Assembly: GCA_046597055.1 (NCBI GenBank)
Contig: JBKJLC010000127.1
Coordinates: 1 to 38,467 of the forward strand
Source: Kofleriaceae bacterium
GTDB taxonomy: Bacteria; Myxococcota_A; Polyangia; Haliangiales; Haliangiaceae
DNA: 38,467 nucleotides
Reading direction: 5' to 3'
Under the pieces are notes generated by a model. It made no database searches and had not been told where the DNA came from. It saw only the letters and a program-made list of their open reading frames with translations. Positions 18,347 through 36,005 of the stretch are shown here, one piece after another; within the stretch, counting starts at the first letter, position 1; each line of letters opens with the position of its first letter. A program made the translations under genes and the position numbers.

Positions 18347-18844
18347 ATGTCCACCCCAGAGATGACCGCCTCCCGCGCCTCCCACGACAGCCGCCCGTCT
18401 GCGACGCGATGGCTCACGCTCATCGGCTTCATCCTCGCGTGCGAGGCGGCCGGCGCCACCGGCGCGCTGGTGACCGATCCCGGCTTCTACCAGGAGCTGA
18501 ACCAGCCCGCGTGGGCACCGCCGCCATGGTTGTTCGGTCCGGTCTGGGTGACGCTCTACGCGATGATGGGCGTCGCCGGTTGGATGATCTGGCGGCGCGG
18601 CGGCTCGATGGTGATGTTCGCCGTGCAGCTCGCGCTCAACGCGATGTGGACGCCGATCTTCTTCGGTGCCCACGCGGTCGGCGCGGCGTTCGTCGTGATC
18701 AGCCTGCTCGACCTGGCGATCTTCGCGACCATCGTCGGGTTCGGTCGGCGCTCGCAGGTCGCCGCGTGGCTCCTGGTGCCGTACGCCGCGTGGGTCGGCT
18801 TCGCGACCGCGCTCACCGGCGCGCTCTGGCTGCTCAACCGCTGA
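18347..18844 (+). CDS. tspO: TspO/MBR tryptophan-rich sensory protein
   Basis: FYQELNQPAWAPPPWLFGPVWVTLY, QLALNAMWTPIFF, LLVPYAAWVGFA; start may instead be 18362. Confidence 0.92.
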   Translation: MSTPEMTASRASHDSRPSATRWLTLIGFILACEAAGATGALVTDPGFYQELNQPAWAPPPWLFGPVWVTLYAMMGVAGWMIWRRGGSMVMFAVQLALNAMWTPIFFGAHAVGAAFVVISLLDLAIFATIVGFGRRSQVAAWLLVPYAAWVGFATALTGALWLLNR

Positions 18845-18868
18845 CGCGGGCGAGTCGGCCCGGTCTCG

Positions 18869-21820
<2,952 letters not shown>

Positions 21821-21825
21821 CGAGC

Positions 21826-22032
21826 TTACTCCAGTGGCGTCAGCATCTCGATCGCCACGACCTCGCCATCCTCGTCGACGATGGCGACGCTCAGCGAGGG
21901 CAGCAGGTTGCCACCCTTGCCGTGCGCCGGTTCACCTTCGTCGCGCGCGCGACGGCCGTCGTTCTGCGAGGATGACGCAGTGCGCGGCGAGGCCGCCGGC
22001 GGCATGGTCCCGGCGCCGTGACGGCTCATCAT
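21826..22032 (-). CDS. Small hypothetical protein (68 aa)
   Basis: GGAG SD before ATG 22032; stop 5 nt before next gene start; C-terminus SLSVAIVDEDGEVVAIEML has GC-ending codons. Confidence 0.4.
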   Translation of the reverse strand: MMSRHGAGTMPPAASPRTASSSQNDGRRARDEGEPAHGKGGNLLPSLSVAIVDEDGEVVAIEMLTPLE

Positions 22033-22131
22033 GAGTACTCCATAGCTCTCCTGCACGAGGCAGACCTCGCACACGACTCGTGACCTCGGACCCCGGCGTC
22101 ATTGTTGAGCGCTTCGCTCCGCTCGCTGGGG

Positions 22132-22977
22132 CTAACGCAGCTCGACGATCGCGGCCTTGGCGGTGGCGCGCACGAGCGACGACGGGTCGGCGGTGGCGGC
22201 GGTCAGCGCCGCGCGCGAGGCGGTGTCACCCAGCCGCCCGAGCGCCCACGCCGCGTTGCGACGGACGTTGGGGTCCGCGTCGGCCGCCAGCGCGGTCTCG
22301 AGCGCGGCCCGCGCCGACGGCTCGCGCAAGGCACCAACCACGCCGGCGGCGCGCGCGCGCACCTCGGCGTCGGCATCGGCGAGCAGCGCGACCACCGGCG
22401 CCGCGCCCCGCTGGGTGCGGACCTTGGCCCAGGCGCCGGCCGCGGCGAGCCGGACCGAGGCATCGCCATCGGCCATCGCGGCGGTCAGCGCGGCAGTGCC
22501 GCGCGGGTTGCCGATGGTGCCGAGCGCGCGCGCCGCGGCCGCGCGGGCCTCGGGCCCGAGCGCGCTGCGGGTCACCGCCGCCGCCAGCGCGGCGATCGCC
22601 TGCGGATGGCGGAAGGTGCCGAGCACGTCGGCCGCGTTGCGCGCGAGCCGGGTGTCACTGCCCTGCAGGTCGGCGATCGAGCGCGCGGTGAGCTCGCTCT
22701 TCAAGACCGGCCGGCGCGCGAACCACCAGGCCGCGGCCTCGCGCAGCTCGTAGCGATCGTGGTCGAGCAGCTCGGAGACGATCGGGGTGCAGGCGTCGCA
22801 GATCAGGCGCTCGGCCCGCTCGAGCTCGGCGATGATGGCGTCGACCGAGCCGGTGCGGATCGCGTTCTCGATGCGCGGCGCGGAGCCGCCGCGACCGGCG
22901 TGCGCGACCGAGGTGAAGGAGAGGACGGTGGCCACCGCGGCCGCCAGGAGGTGCGTCGTACGGGTCGTGCGAGTCAT
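22132..22977 (-). CDS. Exported HEAT/PBS-lyase repeat protein with CxxC
   Basis: GGAGG SD; signal peptide ending SVAHA; ICDAC; repeats such as EARAAAARALG, SVRLAAAGAWA, NVRRNAAWALG. Confidence 0.85.
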   Translation of the reverse strand: MTRTTRTTHLLAAAVATVLSFTSVAHAGRGGSAPRIENAIRTGSVDAIIAELERAERLICDACTPIVSELLDHDRYELREAAAWWFARRPVLKSELTARSIADLQGSDTRLARNAADVLGTFRHPQAIAALAAAVTRSALGPEARAAAARALGTIGNPRGTAALTAAMADGDASVRLAAAGAWAKVRTQRGAAPVVALLADADAEVRARAAGVVGALREPSARAALETALAADADPNVRRNAAWALGRLGDTASRAALTAATADPSSLVRATAKAAIVELR

Positions 22978-22999
22978 GGGGTTTCCTCCGGTGACGGGT

Positions 23000-25237
<2,238 letters not shown>

Positions 25238-25270
25238 GGATGACCTCCTCATGATGCTGAAGGTCCATAG

Positions 25271-25286
25271 AGCAAGCGGTAGGCCA
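25271..25286 (-). promoter_or_regulatory. Sigma54 (-24/-12) promoter of the HzsA-like operon
   Basis: Minus strand TGGCCTA-CCGC-TTGCT, about 34 nt upstream of the start codon. Confidence 0.65.
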
Positions 25287-25357
25287 GGAGGGAACCAAGC
25301 GAAGACAAGGGCTTGCGACCGTCTTTCACGAGGGGGCCCGACCCCTGGGGGCTGGGG

Positions 25358-25379
25358 CGTGGGGGTCGACGCCCCCACG
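25358..25379. terminator. GC hairpin just downstream of ECF sigma gene
   Basis: CGTGGGGG-TCGACG-CCCCCACG, 4 nt past the stop; no U-tract. Confidence 0.4.
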
Positions 25380-25383
25380 ACGG

Positions 25384-26043
25384 TCAGTCCTCGGTCGGGA
25401 GCAGGCCGCTGCGCGACGCCAGCTCGCGCAACATCAGCTTCGCGCGCTCGAAGCGCTTGCGCAGCGCGGCCGCGCGCCGGTCGAGGTCGACCTCGTCATC
25501 GCCGGGCATCGCCCGCGCGATGTCGCGCCACGACAGCTTGCGGTCGATCCGCAGCACCAGGAGCGCATGGTCGTCGGGGTCGAGCGCCTCGCGGAGGCGG
25601 CGGACCTCGTCCTTGACCTCGGTGCGCAGGAACGGCAGCGTCGCGGTGCGCAGCTGCTCGGCGAGCTGCTGGGCCTGCGAGGCGCCCGACAGCGGCACGT
25701 TGTGGCGGGCGCGGCGGCGCGGATCGCGGCGGAGCCGGTGGAGCGCGTTGCGCGCCAGCGCGTACGACCACGTACGCAGCGACGCGTCCCAGCGAAACCC
25801 GGGTAGGCCCTTCCACAGATCCTCGCTGAAGCTCGAGAACGCCTCCGCCGCCAGATCGTCGTCGCGCGCCACCGCGTGGAGGAAGCCGAAGATCTCGGCG
25901 CCGTAGAGCTCGAGCGCCGCGGTGGCCGCCGCCTGCAACTCCCCGGCGGTGGCCCGATCGCGGACGAGTCGCTCGCGGGTGGACCGGGCGTCGTCGGGCG
26001 TCTCGTCGACCGGACCATCCGGCAGAGTGGTCATGTTGGCCAT
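25384..26043 (-). CDS. ECF-family RNA polymerase sigma factor
   Basis: Region 2 YGAEIFGFL..FRWDASLRTWSYALARN; region 4 ALDPDDHALLVLR..LSWRDIARAM..LRKRFERAK; ATG 1 nt after the kinase stop (alternative start 26034). Confidence 0.88.
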   Translation of the reverse strand: MANMTTLPDGPVDETPDDARSTRERLVRDRATAGELQAAATAALELYGAEIFGFLHAVARDDDLAAEAFSSFSEDLWKGLPGFRWDASLRTWSYALARNALHRLRRDPRRRARHNVPLSGASQAQQLAEQLRTATLPFLRTEVKDEVRRLREALDPDDHALLVLRIDRKLSWRDIARAMPGDDEVDLDRRAAALRKRFERAKLMLRELASRSGLLPTED

Positions 26044-26044
26044 C

Positions 26045-29000
26045 TTACTGCGGCCGCGGCGGCGCCGGCGAGCGCCCGGTGGCACGCTCGTGGGCTGCCA
26101 ACAATTCGTCGATCTCCACCAGGCGGCGGGCGTACACGTCGGGATAGGCGCCGTACTCGGTGCGGGCCGCCTCCAGCTTGGCCCGAGCATCCGGCAAGTT
26201 GCGGCGCAGGACGATGCTGGCGCGCGCGATCTCGATCGATGCTGCGACCGCCGCGTTGCCGTCGTCGAGCCGGCTGGCCAGCGCGGCGGCCTGGCTGGCC
26301 CGGGCCAGGGCGTCGTTGGCGCGACCGGTCCCGGCCAGCGCCTTGGCCTCGAGCACCAGCGCGAACACGTGGCGATCGGTGCCAGGGACGGTGCGGGCCA
26401 TGATCGCGACGGTGCGGGCGCCAGTGGCCGCCGCGCGCGCGAGGTCGCCCTGCTCGAGCGCGGCCGCGGTGATGTTGTAGAGGGTGGTGCCGACCTCGAA
26501 GTGGTCATGCCCGTAGGCGCGCTGCTGGATGACGAGCGCGCGCTCGTAGGCGGCGAGCGCGCCGCTGGCGTCGCCCCGCTTGAGATCGATCACCGCCACG
26601 TTGACCTCGGCCAGCGCGACGTCGGGGTGGTCGGGGCCGTACAGCCCGGCGAACAGGTCGCGGCTGGCGACGAACGCCGCGCGGGCCTCGGCGAACGTCT
26701 CGGGTCGCGAGCTGAGCAGCACGCCCAGGTTGAGCAGCGCGGTGGCGCGATCGCCGCTGCGGGCGGCCGGCCACGCCGCCAGCGCCACCCGCGCGCGCTC
26801 GGCGACCGCCGCCGCGGCCTCGCCGTGCGAGCCCTCGAGCAGCACGAGCCCGTAGTTGGTCAGCGCCGAGACGTGATGCGGGTGGGTCGCCCCGTAGGTG
26901 CGCTCCATGCTCGGCAGCGCGGCCTCGTAGCGCTCGCGCGACTCCTGATAGCGCCCGGCGGCGGCGTAGGCCTGGGCCAGGCCGTAGTCGGCCTCGGCGC
27001 GCTGGAGCGGGTCGACCGCGTCGGCGGCCAGCGCCGCGGCCTGCTCGGCCCACTCGACCGCGGCCGCGCCGTCGCCACGGCGATCGGCGGCCGCCGTCAG
27101 CGCGCGCAGGACGATCATCACGCCCTGCCGGGCCCGCCGACGATCCTTCTGTACCACCGCCTGGGCGGTGCGGATCCACGGCTCGAGCTTGGCCGGCTCG
27201 AACCGATCATCGCCGTAGAACCGCAGCACCTGGGCCAGCGCCTCGAGGTAGACGTCGGTGTCGTCGACCGCCTGGGCCGCGTAGTACGCGTCGATCGTCA
27301 GCCGCTCGGCCTCGGCGTGGCGGTCGGCGTCGTAGGCGAGCCGCCCCCGCACCAGCGCCAGCAGGGGCGCGTTGCCGGGATCGATCGGCGCGAGCGCCTC
27401 GGCCTGGCCCAGCCGCTCGAGCGCGGCGGCCGCGCGATCGGCGGCGGCATCGGCGTACGCCGCGAGCAGGAGCGCGCGGGCCTCGGCCGCGGGGCCGGCC
27501 GGCGGCGGCGTGGTCGCGGCCAGGGCGACCGAGTCGAGGCACGGGCCCAGCCACGGCACCGCGCGCAGCCGCAGCGCGTAGGTCGCCGGTGCGTCGCGCA
27601 GGAGCGCGTCGTCGTCGAGGATGACCGCGGCGGCGCGCGCGCGGTAGCGCAGGCACGCGGTCGCGCGGCCCTCGAGCGCCGGCGCCAGCTCGCGGCTGAC
27701 CCGGACCGCCTGACACACCTGGCGGCTCGCGTCGCGATAGGCCGCATGGGTGCCGACCACGCGGCGATCGATCAGCTGCAAGGCGTCGCGGTCGCCGGGG
27801 GCGGCCGCCAGGGCGGCCTGCAGGCGGGCGATCAGCGCCGCCGGCAGGATCCGATCGACGTCGGCGGTCGCGGCCGCGCACGGATCGTCGGGCGTCCGGC
27901 TGGCCAGGGCCAGCGCGGTGCCGCCAGCCGCGAGCGCGACCGCCCCGGCCACCACCGCGATCCAGCGCCGGCGCGGTGCGGCCGCCGCCGCCAGCTCGGC
28001 GAGCAGCACGCGCACGCTCGGGTAGCGCGCGGCGGGCTCGGCCGCGAGCGCGCGGACCAGCACCCGGCGGAGCCGCGCCGGCACCTGGCTCGATCGCGGC
28101 GCCGGATTCACCGCACCGGCGGCGATCGCGGCGCGCAGCGTGCTCACGTCCTTGCCGGCGAACGGGCGCGCGCCGTAGAGGGCCTCCCAGGTCACCACTG
28201 CGAACGCGAACTGGTCGGCCCGGACATCGACCGCCGAGCCCACGAACTGCTCGGGCGCCATGTAGGCCGGGGTGCCGAGCACCGCGCCGGTCATGGTCAG
28301 CCGGTCCGACGGCTTCTGGGAGCCACTCGGGCTGGTGATGCCCGACGGCGACGAGCCGCCGGTGTCGTCGAGCGTATTGGCGTCGGTCGCCACCAAATCG
28401 GCCCCGGCGTCGTCGATCGCGCGGGCCAGGCCGAAGTCGCCGACCCGGACCCGGCCGTCGTCGCCGACCAGGATGTTCTCGGGCTTGAAATCGCGGTGGA
28501 CCAGCCCGGCGTCGTGGGCGGCGGCGAGGCCGGCGCCAGCGGCCAGGCACCGCTCGAGCACCTCGCGCCAGGGCCGCACCCGCGCCTTGCGCCAGGCGCG
28601 GAAGGTCCCGCCCTCGACGTACTCCATCGCGACGAAGACGCTGTCCCCCACCCGCCCGACCTCGTGCACGGCGATGACGTTGGGATGGGCCAGCCGCGCC
28701 ATCGCCATCGCCTCGCGGTGCAGCCGCTCGAGCCCGCCCGAGGCGCGGTGCAGCTTCACCGCGACCGCGCGGCCGAGGCTCTGATCGTGGGCGAGGTACA
28801 CCACGCCCATGCCGCCGGCGCCGAGCCGCCGCTCGATCCGGAACGACTCGCCGATCACCATCCCGGGCTCGAGCTCGCGGGTCGCGCCGGGCGCGGCCGC
28901 CACCGCGGCCAGCAGCGAGTCGTCGAGGTCGCTGGCCGCCGCCGACAGATCGATCTCGCGGGCGGCGACGGTCGAATCCTCGGGACCGACCGCGCGCGTC

Positions 29001-29065
29001 GCCGGCGTCGCCGGGGTCACCGGCGCGCTCGAGCCAGGCTCGCGGGTGCGGTCAGGCCCTGCCAC
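26045..29065 (-). CDS. Membrane Ser/Thr protein kinase with C-terminal TPR repeats
   Basis: GAGGMGVV, VAVK, HRDFKPEN, DFG, YMAPEQ; TM WIAVVAGAVALAAGG; YGPDHPDVA-type TPRs. Confidence 0.93.
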   Translation of the reverse strand: MAGPDRTREPGSSAPVTPATPATRAVGPEDSTVAAREIDLSAAASDLDDSLLAAVAAAPGATRELEPGMVIGESFRIERRLGAGGMGVVYLAHDQSLGRAVAVKLHRASGGLERLHREAMAMARLAHPNVIAVHEVGRVGDSVFVAMEYVEGGTFRAWRKARVRPWREVLERCLAAGAGLAAAHDAGLVHRDFKPENILVGDDGRVRVGDFGLARAIDDAGADLVATDANTLDDTGGSSPSGITSPSGSQKPSDRLTMTGAVLGTPAYMAPEQFVGSAVDVRADQFAFAVVTWEALYGARPFAGKDVSTLRAAIAAGAVNPAPRSSQVPARLRRVLVRALAAEPAARYPSVRVLLAELAAAAAPRRRWIAVVAGAVALAAGGTALALASRTPDDPCAAATADVDRILPAALIARLQAALAAAPGDRDALQLIDRRVVGTHAAYRDASRQVCQAVRVSRELAPALEGRATACLRYRARAAAVILDDDALLRDAPATYALRLRAVPWLGPCLDSVALAATTPPPAGPAAEARALLLAAYADAAADRAAAALERLGQAEALAPIDPGNAPLLALVRGRLAYDADRHAEAERLTIDAYYAAQAVDDTDVYLEALAQVLRFYGDDRFEPAKLEPWIRTAQAVVQKDRRRARQGVMIVLRALTAAADRRGDGAAAVEWAEQAAALAADAVDPLQRAEADYGLAQAYAAAGRYQESRERYEAALPSMERTYGATHPHHVSALTNYGLVLLEGSHGEAAAAVAERARVALAAWPAARSGDRATALLNLGVLLSSRPETFAEARAAFVASRDLFAGLYGPDHPDVALAEVNVAVIDLKRGDASGALAAYERALVIQQRAYGHDHFEVGTTLYNITAAALEQGDLARAAATGARTVAIMARTVPGTDRHVFALVLEAKALAGTGRANDALARASQAAALASRLDDGNAAVAASIEIARASIVLRRNLPDARAKLEAARTEYGAYPDVYARRLVEIDELLAAHERATGRSPAPPRPQ

Positions 29066-29090
29066 CCGCGCATGATGCCACGGCGAGCGG

Positions 29091-31718
<2,628 letters not shown>

Positions 31719-31779
31719 GGGGGTGGCGCGTTGTAGCGCACCCGTATGATCGAGCGGCCCTGCCCCCCGCGACGGTCGG

Positions 31780-32640
31780 TCACAAGCGCGTGACGTACGC
31801 GATCTTGGGCACCTTGCGCTCGAACTCGGCCTTGGCCGCCACCGCGTCGTCGTAGTTGTTGTACGTCCCGAGCCGGACCCGGAAGTAGGTACCCTTGCCA
31901 TCGACGTTCGCGGTCACCACGTAGGCCGAGTACCCGGCCGACTTCACGGTCGCCAGGAACGCGTCGGCCTCGGCCTGGTCCTGGAACGCCGACAGCTGGA
32001 GGGTGAACTTGCCCTTCTTGCCCTTGCCGTCAGGCGCGACCTCGGGCCGATCGGCCGGCCCATCGTCGGGCTTGGCCGCGACCTTCGCCGGGGCCTTGGG
32101 CTTATCGAGCTTCACGGGCTCGGGCTCCTTCCCGACGACCTTCTCCGGCTGCCTGGCCGGCACCGATGCCCTGGCCGGGACCGGCTCCTGGCCCGCCTGC
32201 TCCGGCTCCTTGCCGGTCGCCTTCTCCTTCTCCTTCGCCTTCTCCGTGTCGGCGTCCTTGGCCTTCGCCGCCCTGGGATCGGCCGCGGCGTCGTCGCCGT
32301 CCTGGCGCGCGCGCGCCGACTCACCCAGCGCGGCGATCGCTCGGTCGAGCTCCGCCGCCGGCCCGCCGCCGCCCGCGGCCAGCGCCGACGGGAACGTCAT
32401 CTCGCCCTTGCCCTCGGCCAGCCGGTCGAGCGCCGCCAGCGGGTCGCGCACCGCCGAGGTCGCCGCGGCCCGGTCGACATGAGCCCGCGACTCCAGCCGG
32501 CGCCCGACCATCACCCCGAGGACGAACACCATGCAGGCCACGACCGCCCCACCGAAGAACAGATAGAAGATCTGCCGCCCGTCGAGACTGACCTCGATCT
32601 TGTCCTTGTACAGCTCCGGATCGATCGCACGAGCCACCAT
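31780..32640 (-). CDS. SPOR domain-containing membrane protein
   Basis: N-terminal TM ([23 protein letters not shown]), charged linker, C-terminal [15 protein letters not shown]. Confidence 0.9.
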   Translation of the reverse strand: MVARAIDPELYKDKIEVSLDGRQIFYLFFGGAVVACMVFVLGVMVGRRLESRAHVDRAAATSAVRDPLAALDRLAEGKGEMTFPSALAAGGGGPAAELDRAIAALGESARARQDGDDAAADPRAAKAKDADTEKAKEKEKATGKEPEQAGQEPVPARASVPARQPEKVVGKEPEPVKLDKPKAPAKVAAKPDDGPADRPEVAPDGKGKKGKFTLQLSAFQDQAEADAFLATVKSAGYSAYVVTANVDGKGTYFRVRLGTYNNYDDAVAAKAEFERKVPKIAYVTRL

Positions 32641-32673
32641 GCCCCGACGTTCGCGCTTCCGAGCGCGCGGGGC

Positions 32674-32714
32674 AAAAAAACAGCCGCCGCCGCGCCCCGA
32701 GGCGTCGGCGCGGC
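32674..32714 (-). terminator. Possible intrinsic terminator
   Basis: Minus strand GCCGCGCC-N10-GGCGCGGC with a T7 tract 8 nt later. Confidence 0.35.
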
Positions 32715-32732
32715 CGGTCCCGTCGGCGCCGC

Positions 32733-35700
32733 TCAGCGGATGATCGCGACGTCCTTGATGGCGTCCGGATCGAACCGGATGATCTGGCCGCGGGTGTTGG
32801 CGCCGACCTGGGGGCTCGGGATGATGTCGCCCTCGTCGATGATCCAGACCGCGCCGTCCGGCGACCGCACCAGGTTCGACGGGAACACCACCGCGTTGCC
32901 GGCATCCTGGGCCCGGAAGCCCGCGACGATGTGGATCCCGAGCGCGAACCCCGGGTAGACCACCGGGATGCCGGTCCGGCCGCCCATGCGGTCGTGCAGG
33001 CACTGCTGGTCACCCGGGTAGGTCGCGTCGACCAGGTTGAACGTGAACGTCGGGTTGCTGAACCGGATCGCGTCGACCGTGCTGGGCCGGATCACCAGCA
33101 TGGGCTCCTCCGGCATCGGCTGGCCCGCCGGCCGGCCCTGCGTGCACGTCTCCAGGTCGGTGTAGTTCGGTAGCGTGTTCCAGTGCTCGACCGTGGTCCG
33201 GCACGGGTTGGGCGTGAGGTCGGTGACCCCGGGGCCCGCGCACGGCGGCACGTCGAGCGGGATGCGCCCGACCACGAGCGGGTTGGCGACCGGGTTGCGC
33301 ACGCACTGCGAGGTGGCCGGGTCCTCGACGATCGAGTGCAGGAAGCCCGTGCTGGTGCCGACCGCCACGAAGGCATCGGTGCCGTGCAGCTCGTAGCGCT
33401 GCAGGCCGCCGATACACTGCGGCGACGGCAGCGGGCCCTCGATACAGTACCCACCCGAGCAGGTGGTGCCGGCGTCGCACTGGCTCGAGTCCCGGCAGGT
33501 CATCACGCAGCGGTTGATGCTCGCGGCGCGGGTCGGATCCGGCTCGCACGCCCACGACCGCTCGTCGGTGCTCGCCGGCTCGTCCTTGGGATGGAGCATC
33601 GAGGTCAGGCTCGCCTCGTAGCCGGCGAGCTCGTCGCACTGGGCGATCGAGGTGCAGCCGGTGACCGGCGTGGTCGTCAGCACGCGCCGGCGCTCCGACA
33701 GCACCAGCTTGCCCGCGGTCGCCTCCTGGACCGCGTAGCGCCGGACCGAGATCAGGTAGTCGCGGCACAGCGCGCCGACGTCGTCGGCGCGGTCGCCGGG
33801 CAGACAGGCGCCGCTGCCGACCGTCGAGTCGGGGTGCACGTAGCAGACCTCGCCCAGGCTGCACTGGCTGTTGCCGCGGGCCGGATCGCAGCCGCGGACC
33901 ACGACGTGGTCGTACTTCTCGACGCCGGCGGCGCAGAACGGGCGGCCGGCGTCGATGATGTTCAGCGCGCCCCCGCCGACCGTGAACCGACCGGCGCGGA
34001 CCGAGGGCCCATCGATCGCGCTGGTCGGCGAGTCGATCGAGAGCGAGCCCTCCCACACGATCGACCACTGCTCCTCGACCGGGATCGCGCCCAGGTCGGG
34101 GAACAGCTCGGCGCGCGACCGGTGCGGCGCGGCCCAACCCAGCTCGGAGATCGCGGCCTCCTCGAAGCCGTCTTCCTCGCTGGTCGAGCTGCAGTAGAGC
34201 TGCCGCACGTACGGGAGCATGAACCCCTTGTCGCGCGAGATCTGTGCGGCGTGCGAGGTCGCGGCCGGCTCGGTGCGGACCCGGGGCGGTCCGGCGTAGT
34301 CGCGGCTTGGCGGTCCGTCGGATTCGCCGCTGGGCCCATCCGAGTCGCACGCAGGAGCGACCATGTCGGACAGCTCGCCGTTCCCGCCGAAGCCGCTGGC
34401 GTCCCGCGCGTTCCGGCCGTCGCGGAGCTGATGCGGCACCGCCAGCGCGAGGTCGCTCGCGAACGGCCGGGCCGGGTTGAACTCGTCCACGTAGGCGTCG
34501 TCATCGATGTTGACCGCGAACACTGTCCCCGAGCTGCCGGCGACGAACGCGAAGTGGCCGAAGGTGCCCAGCGGTCGCGCCGGGGCGGGGGCCACGGTGG
34601 TGTCGGTGCCGGCCGCGGTGATGGTCACCTGCAGCGCGATGTCGTCGCCAGGCAGCTCGATGCCGGGGCCGATCGCGAGCGCGCGCCGCGGTGGCGTGCC
34701 GACCGCACCGACCGGCAGGCAGATGAACGCCGCCGCATCGTTGATCGCCCGCAGGTAGCGGGGATCGACCTGGGTGTCGCACTCGACGTTCTGGGTGCTG
34801 ACCTCGGCGACCCGGACCGTGCCGTCGGTGGTCACCGCGTACACGAACTCGGCCGGGATCGAGATCCCGGCCGCGTCGTTGTCGTTGAAGCCTTTGTCAC
34901 CGGTCATGCCGAGCCGCTTGCTGAGCGCGATGTCGATGACCCCGACGTCGCCCTCGAGCTCGATCTGCTCGGCGCCGTCGACGACCGGCCGCCAGTCGAG
35001 GCCGAGATCGACCACGGTCACCACCGGCCGGTTCTCCAGCCCGATCGCGAGGCGGCGCAGCGTGCCGCCCGGATCGTCGTCGTACATGATGTCGAGCGTG
35101 ACCGGCCGGGCTCCAACCGGGACCGGCTGCAGCGCGCCACACTGGCGCGGGCACACGAGGTTGCCGTCGCCGATGGTGGCGGTGCCATCCATCGCGAAGC
35201 GGATGCTGGCGACCGCCGCGCCGGTGGCGGTATCGACCACCGCCACCGCGTTGCAGTCGGGATACGCGATGTAGACGAGGCCGTCGGCCTCGGCCGGACA
35301 GGCCGCACCGATCGCGCGTTCGCTCTGCTCGGACACCATCGCCGCGGGACGGGCCAGCAGCGGCTCGCCGGCCGTGGTCGTGATGCCGAGCTTGCGGACC
35401 AGCGGCGCGCCGGGCGGGCGCTCGATCACGCGCTCCACGTCGATCACCGAAAGGTCGCAGCTGCCGGCGTTGGCGGTGACCAGGTGGCACCCGGACGGCA
35501 TGGTCGCGATCGCGACCGGCTGCGAGGCGACCGACAGCGAGTTGAAGCCGGGGGCCAGCTCGTCGCCATCGAGGACGATGACGTCGCCTTCGGCCGAATA
35601 ACCCTCGCCGTCTTTCAGCACCTGGGCCCGGATCACCGCGAGCGTGCCCGCGATCGGCTGCAGCGCGAACCCATACCAGCTCATCGCGCCCATGGGGGTC

Positions 35701-36005
35701 CCGCCCATGTCCTCTTGCCCGACCGGCACGTTCTCGATCGGGGCGGTGCCGGGCTTGTCGGTGAGGCTGCGGATGCGGCACGACTCCAGCGGGTGCGGCT
35801 GGAACTCGACCGCATCGGTCGCGTCGGCGAGGGCGTTGTCGCCGAGGAGCCGCATCCGGCCATGGCAGGCGAACGCCAGGTCGGCGGGCCGGTCGAGCGT
35901 CTGGACCGTGATCGGGTTCGACGACGGGGTGCCACACGAGGTCACCAGGCCGAGCGCGAGGCCGGCCAGGCCGACCGCCGCAGCAGTGCGAGACACAGAG
36001 CTCAC
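32733..36005 (-). CDS. Large Cys-rich lipoprotein with beta-propeller-like repeats
   Basis: LVTSC lipobox; YVTN-like strands ([35 protein letters not shown]); about 30 Cys; GTGA overlap with upstream gene. Confidence 0.8.
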   Translation of the reverse strand: MSSVSRTAAAVGLAGLALGLVTSCGTPSSNPITVQTLDRPADLAFACHGRMRLLGDNALADATDAVEFQPHPLESCRIRSLTDKPGTAPIENVPVGQEDMGGTPMGAMSWYGFALQPIAGTLAVIRAQVLKDGEGYSAEGDVIVLDGDELAPGFNSLSVASQPVAIATMPSGCHLVTANAGSCDLSVIDVERVIERPPGAPLVRKLGITTTAGEPLLARPAAMVSEQSERAIGAACPAEADGLVYIAYPDCNAVAVVDTATGAAVASIRFAMDGTATIGDGNLVCPRQCGALQPVPVGARPVTLDIMYDDDPGGTLRRLAIGLENRPVVTVVDLGLDWRPVVDGAEQIELEGDVGVIDIALSKRLGMTGDKGFNDNDAAGISIPAEFVYAVTTDGTVRVAEVSTQNVECDTQVDPRYLRAINDAAAFICLPVGAVGTPPRRALAIGPGIELPGDDIALQVTITAAGTDTTVAPAPARPLGTFGHFAFVAGSSGTVFAVNIDDDAYVDEFNPARPFASDLALAVPHQLRDGRNARDASGFGGNGELSDMVAPACDSDGPSGESDGPPSRDYAGPPRVRTEPAATSHAAQISRDKGFMLPYVRQLYCSSTSEEDGFEEAAISELGWAAPHRSRAELFPDLGAIPVEEQWSIVWEGSLSIDSPTSAIDGPSVRAGRFTVGGGALNIIDAGRPFCAAGVEKYDHVVVRGCDPARGNSQCSLGEVCYVHPDSTVGSGACLPGDRADDVGALCRDYLISVRRYAVQEATAGKLVLSERRRVLTTTPVTGCTSIAQCDELAGYEASLTSMLHPKDEPASTDERSWACEPDPTRAASINRCVMTCRDSSQCDAGTTCSGGYCIEGPLPSPQCIGGLQRYELHGTDAFVAVGTSTGFLHSIVEDPATSQCVRNPVANPLVVGRIPLDVPPCAGPGVTDLTPNPCRTTVEHWNTLPNYTDLETCTQGRPAGQPMPEEPMLVIRPSTVDAIRFSNPTFTFNLVDATYPGDQQCLHDRMGGRTGIPVVYPGFALGIHIVAGFRAQDAGNAVVFPSNLVRSPDGAVWIIDEGDIIPSPQVGANTRGQIIRFDPDAIKDVAIIR

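Noticed and set aside
22052..22067. Internal sigma54 motif (minus strand AGGTCTG-CCTC-GTGCA)
   Set aside because: Only the GG-N10-GC spacing fits; -24 element is poor and such matches are frequent by chance
32120..32260. Short imperfect repeats in the SPOR linker (KEPE, VPAR, EKEK)
   Set aside because: Ordinary low-complexity linker variation
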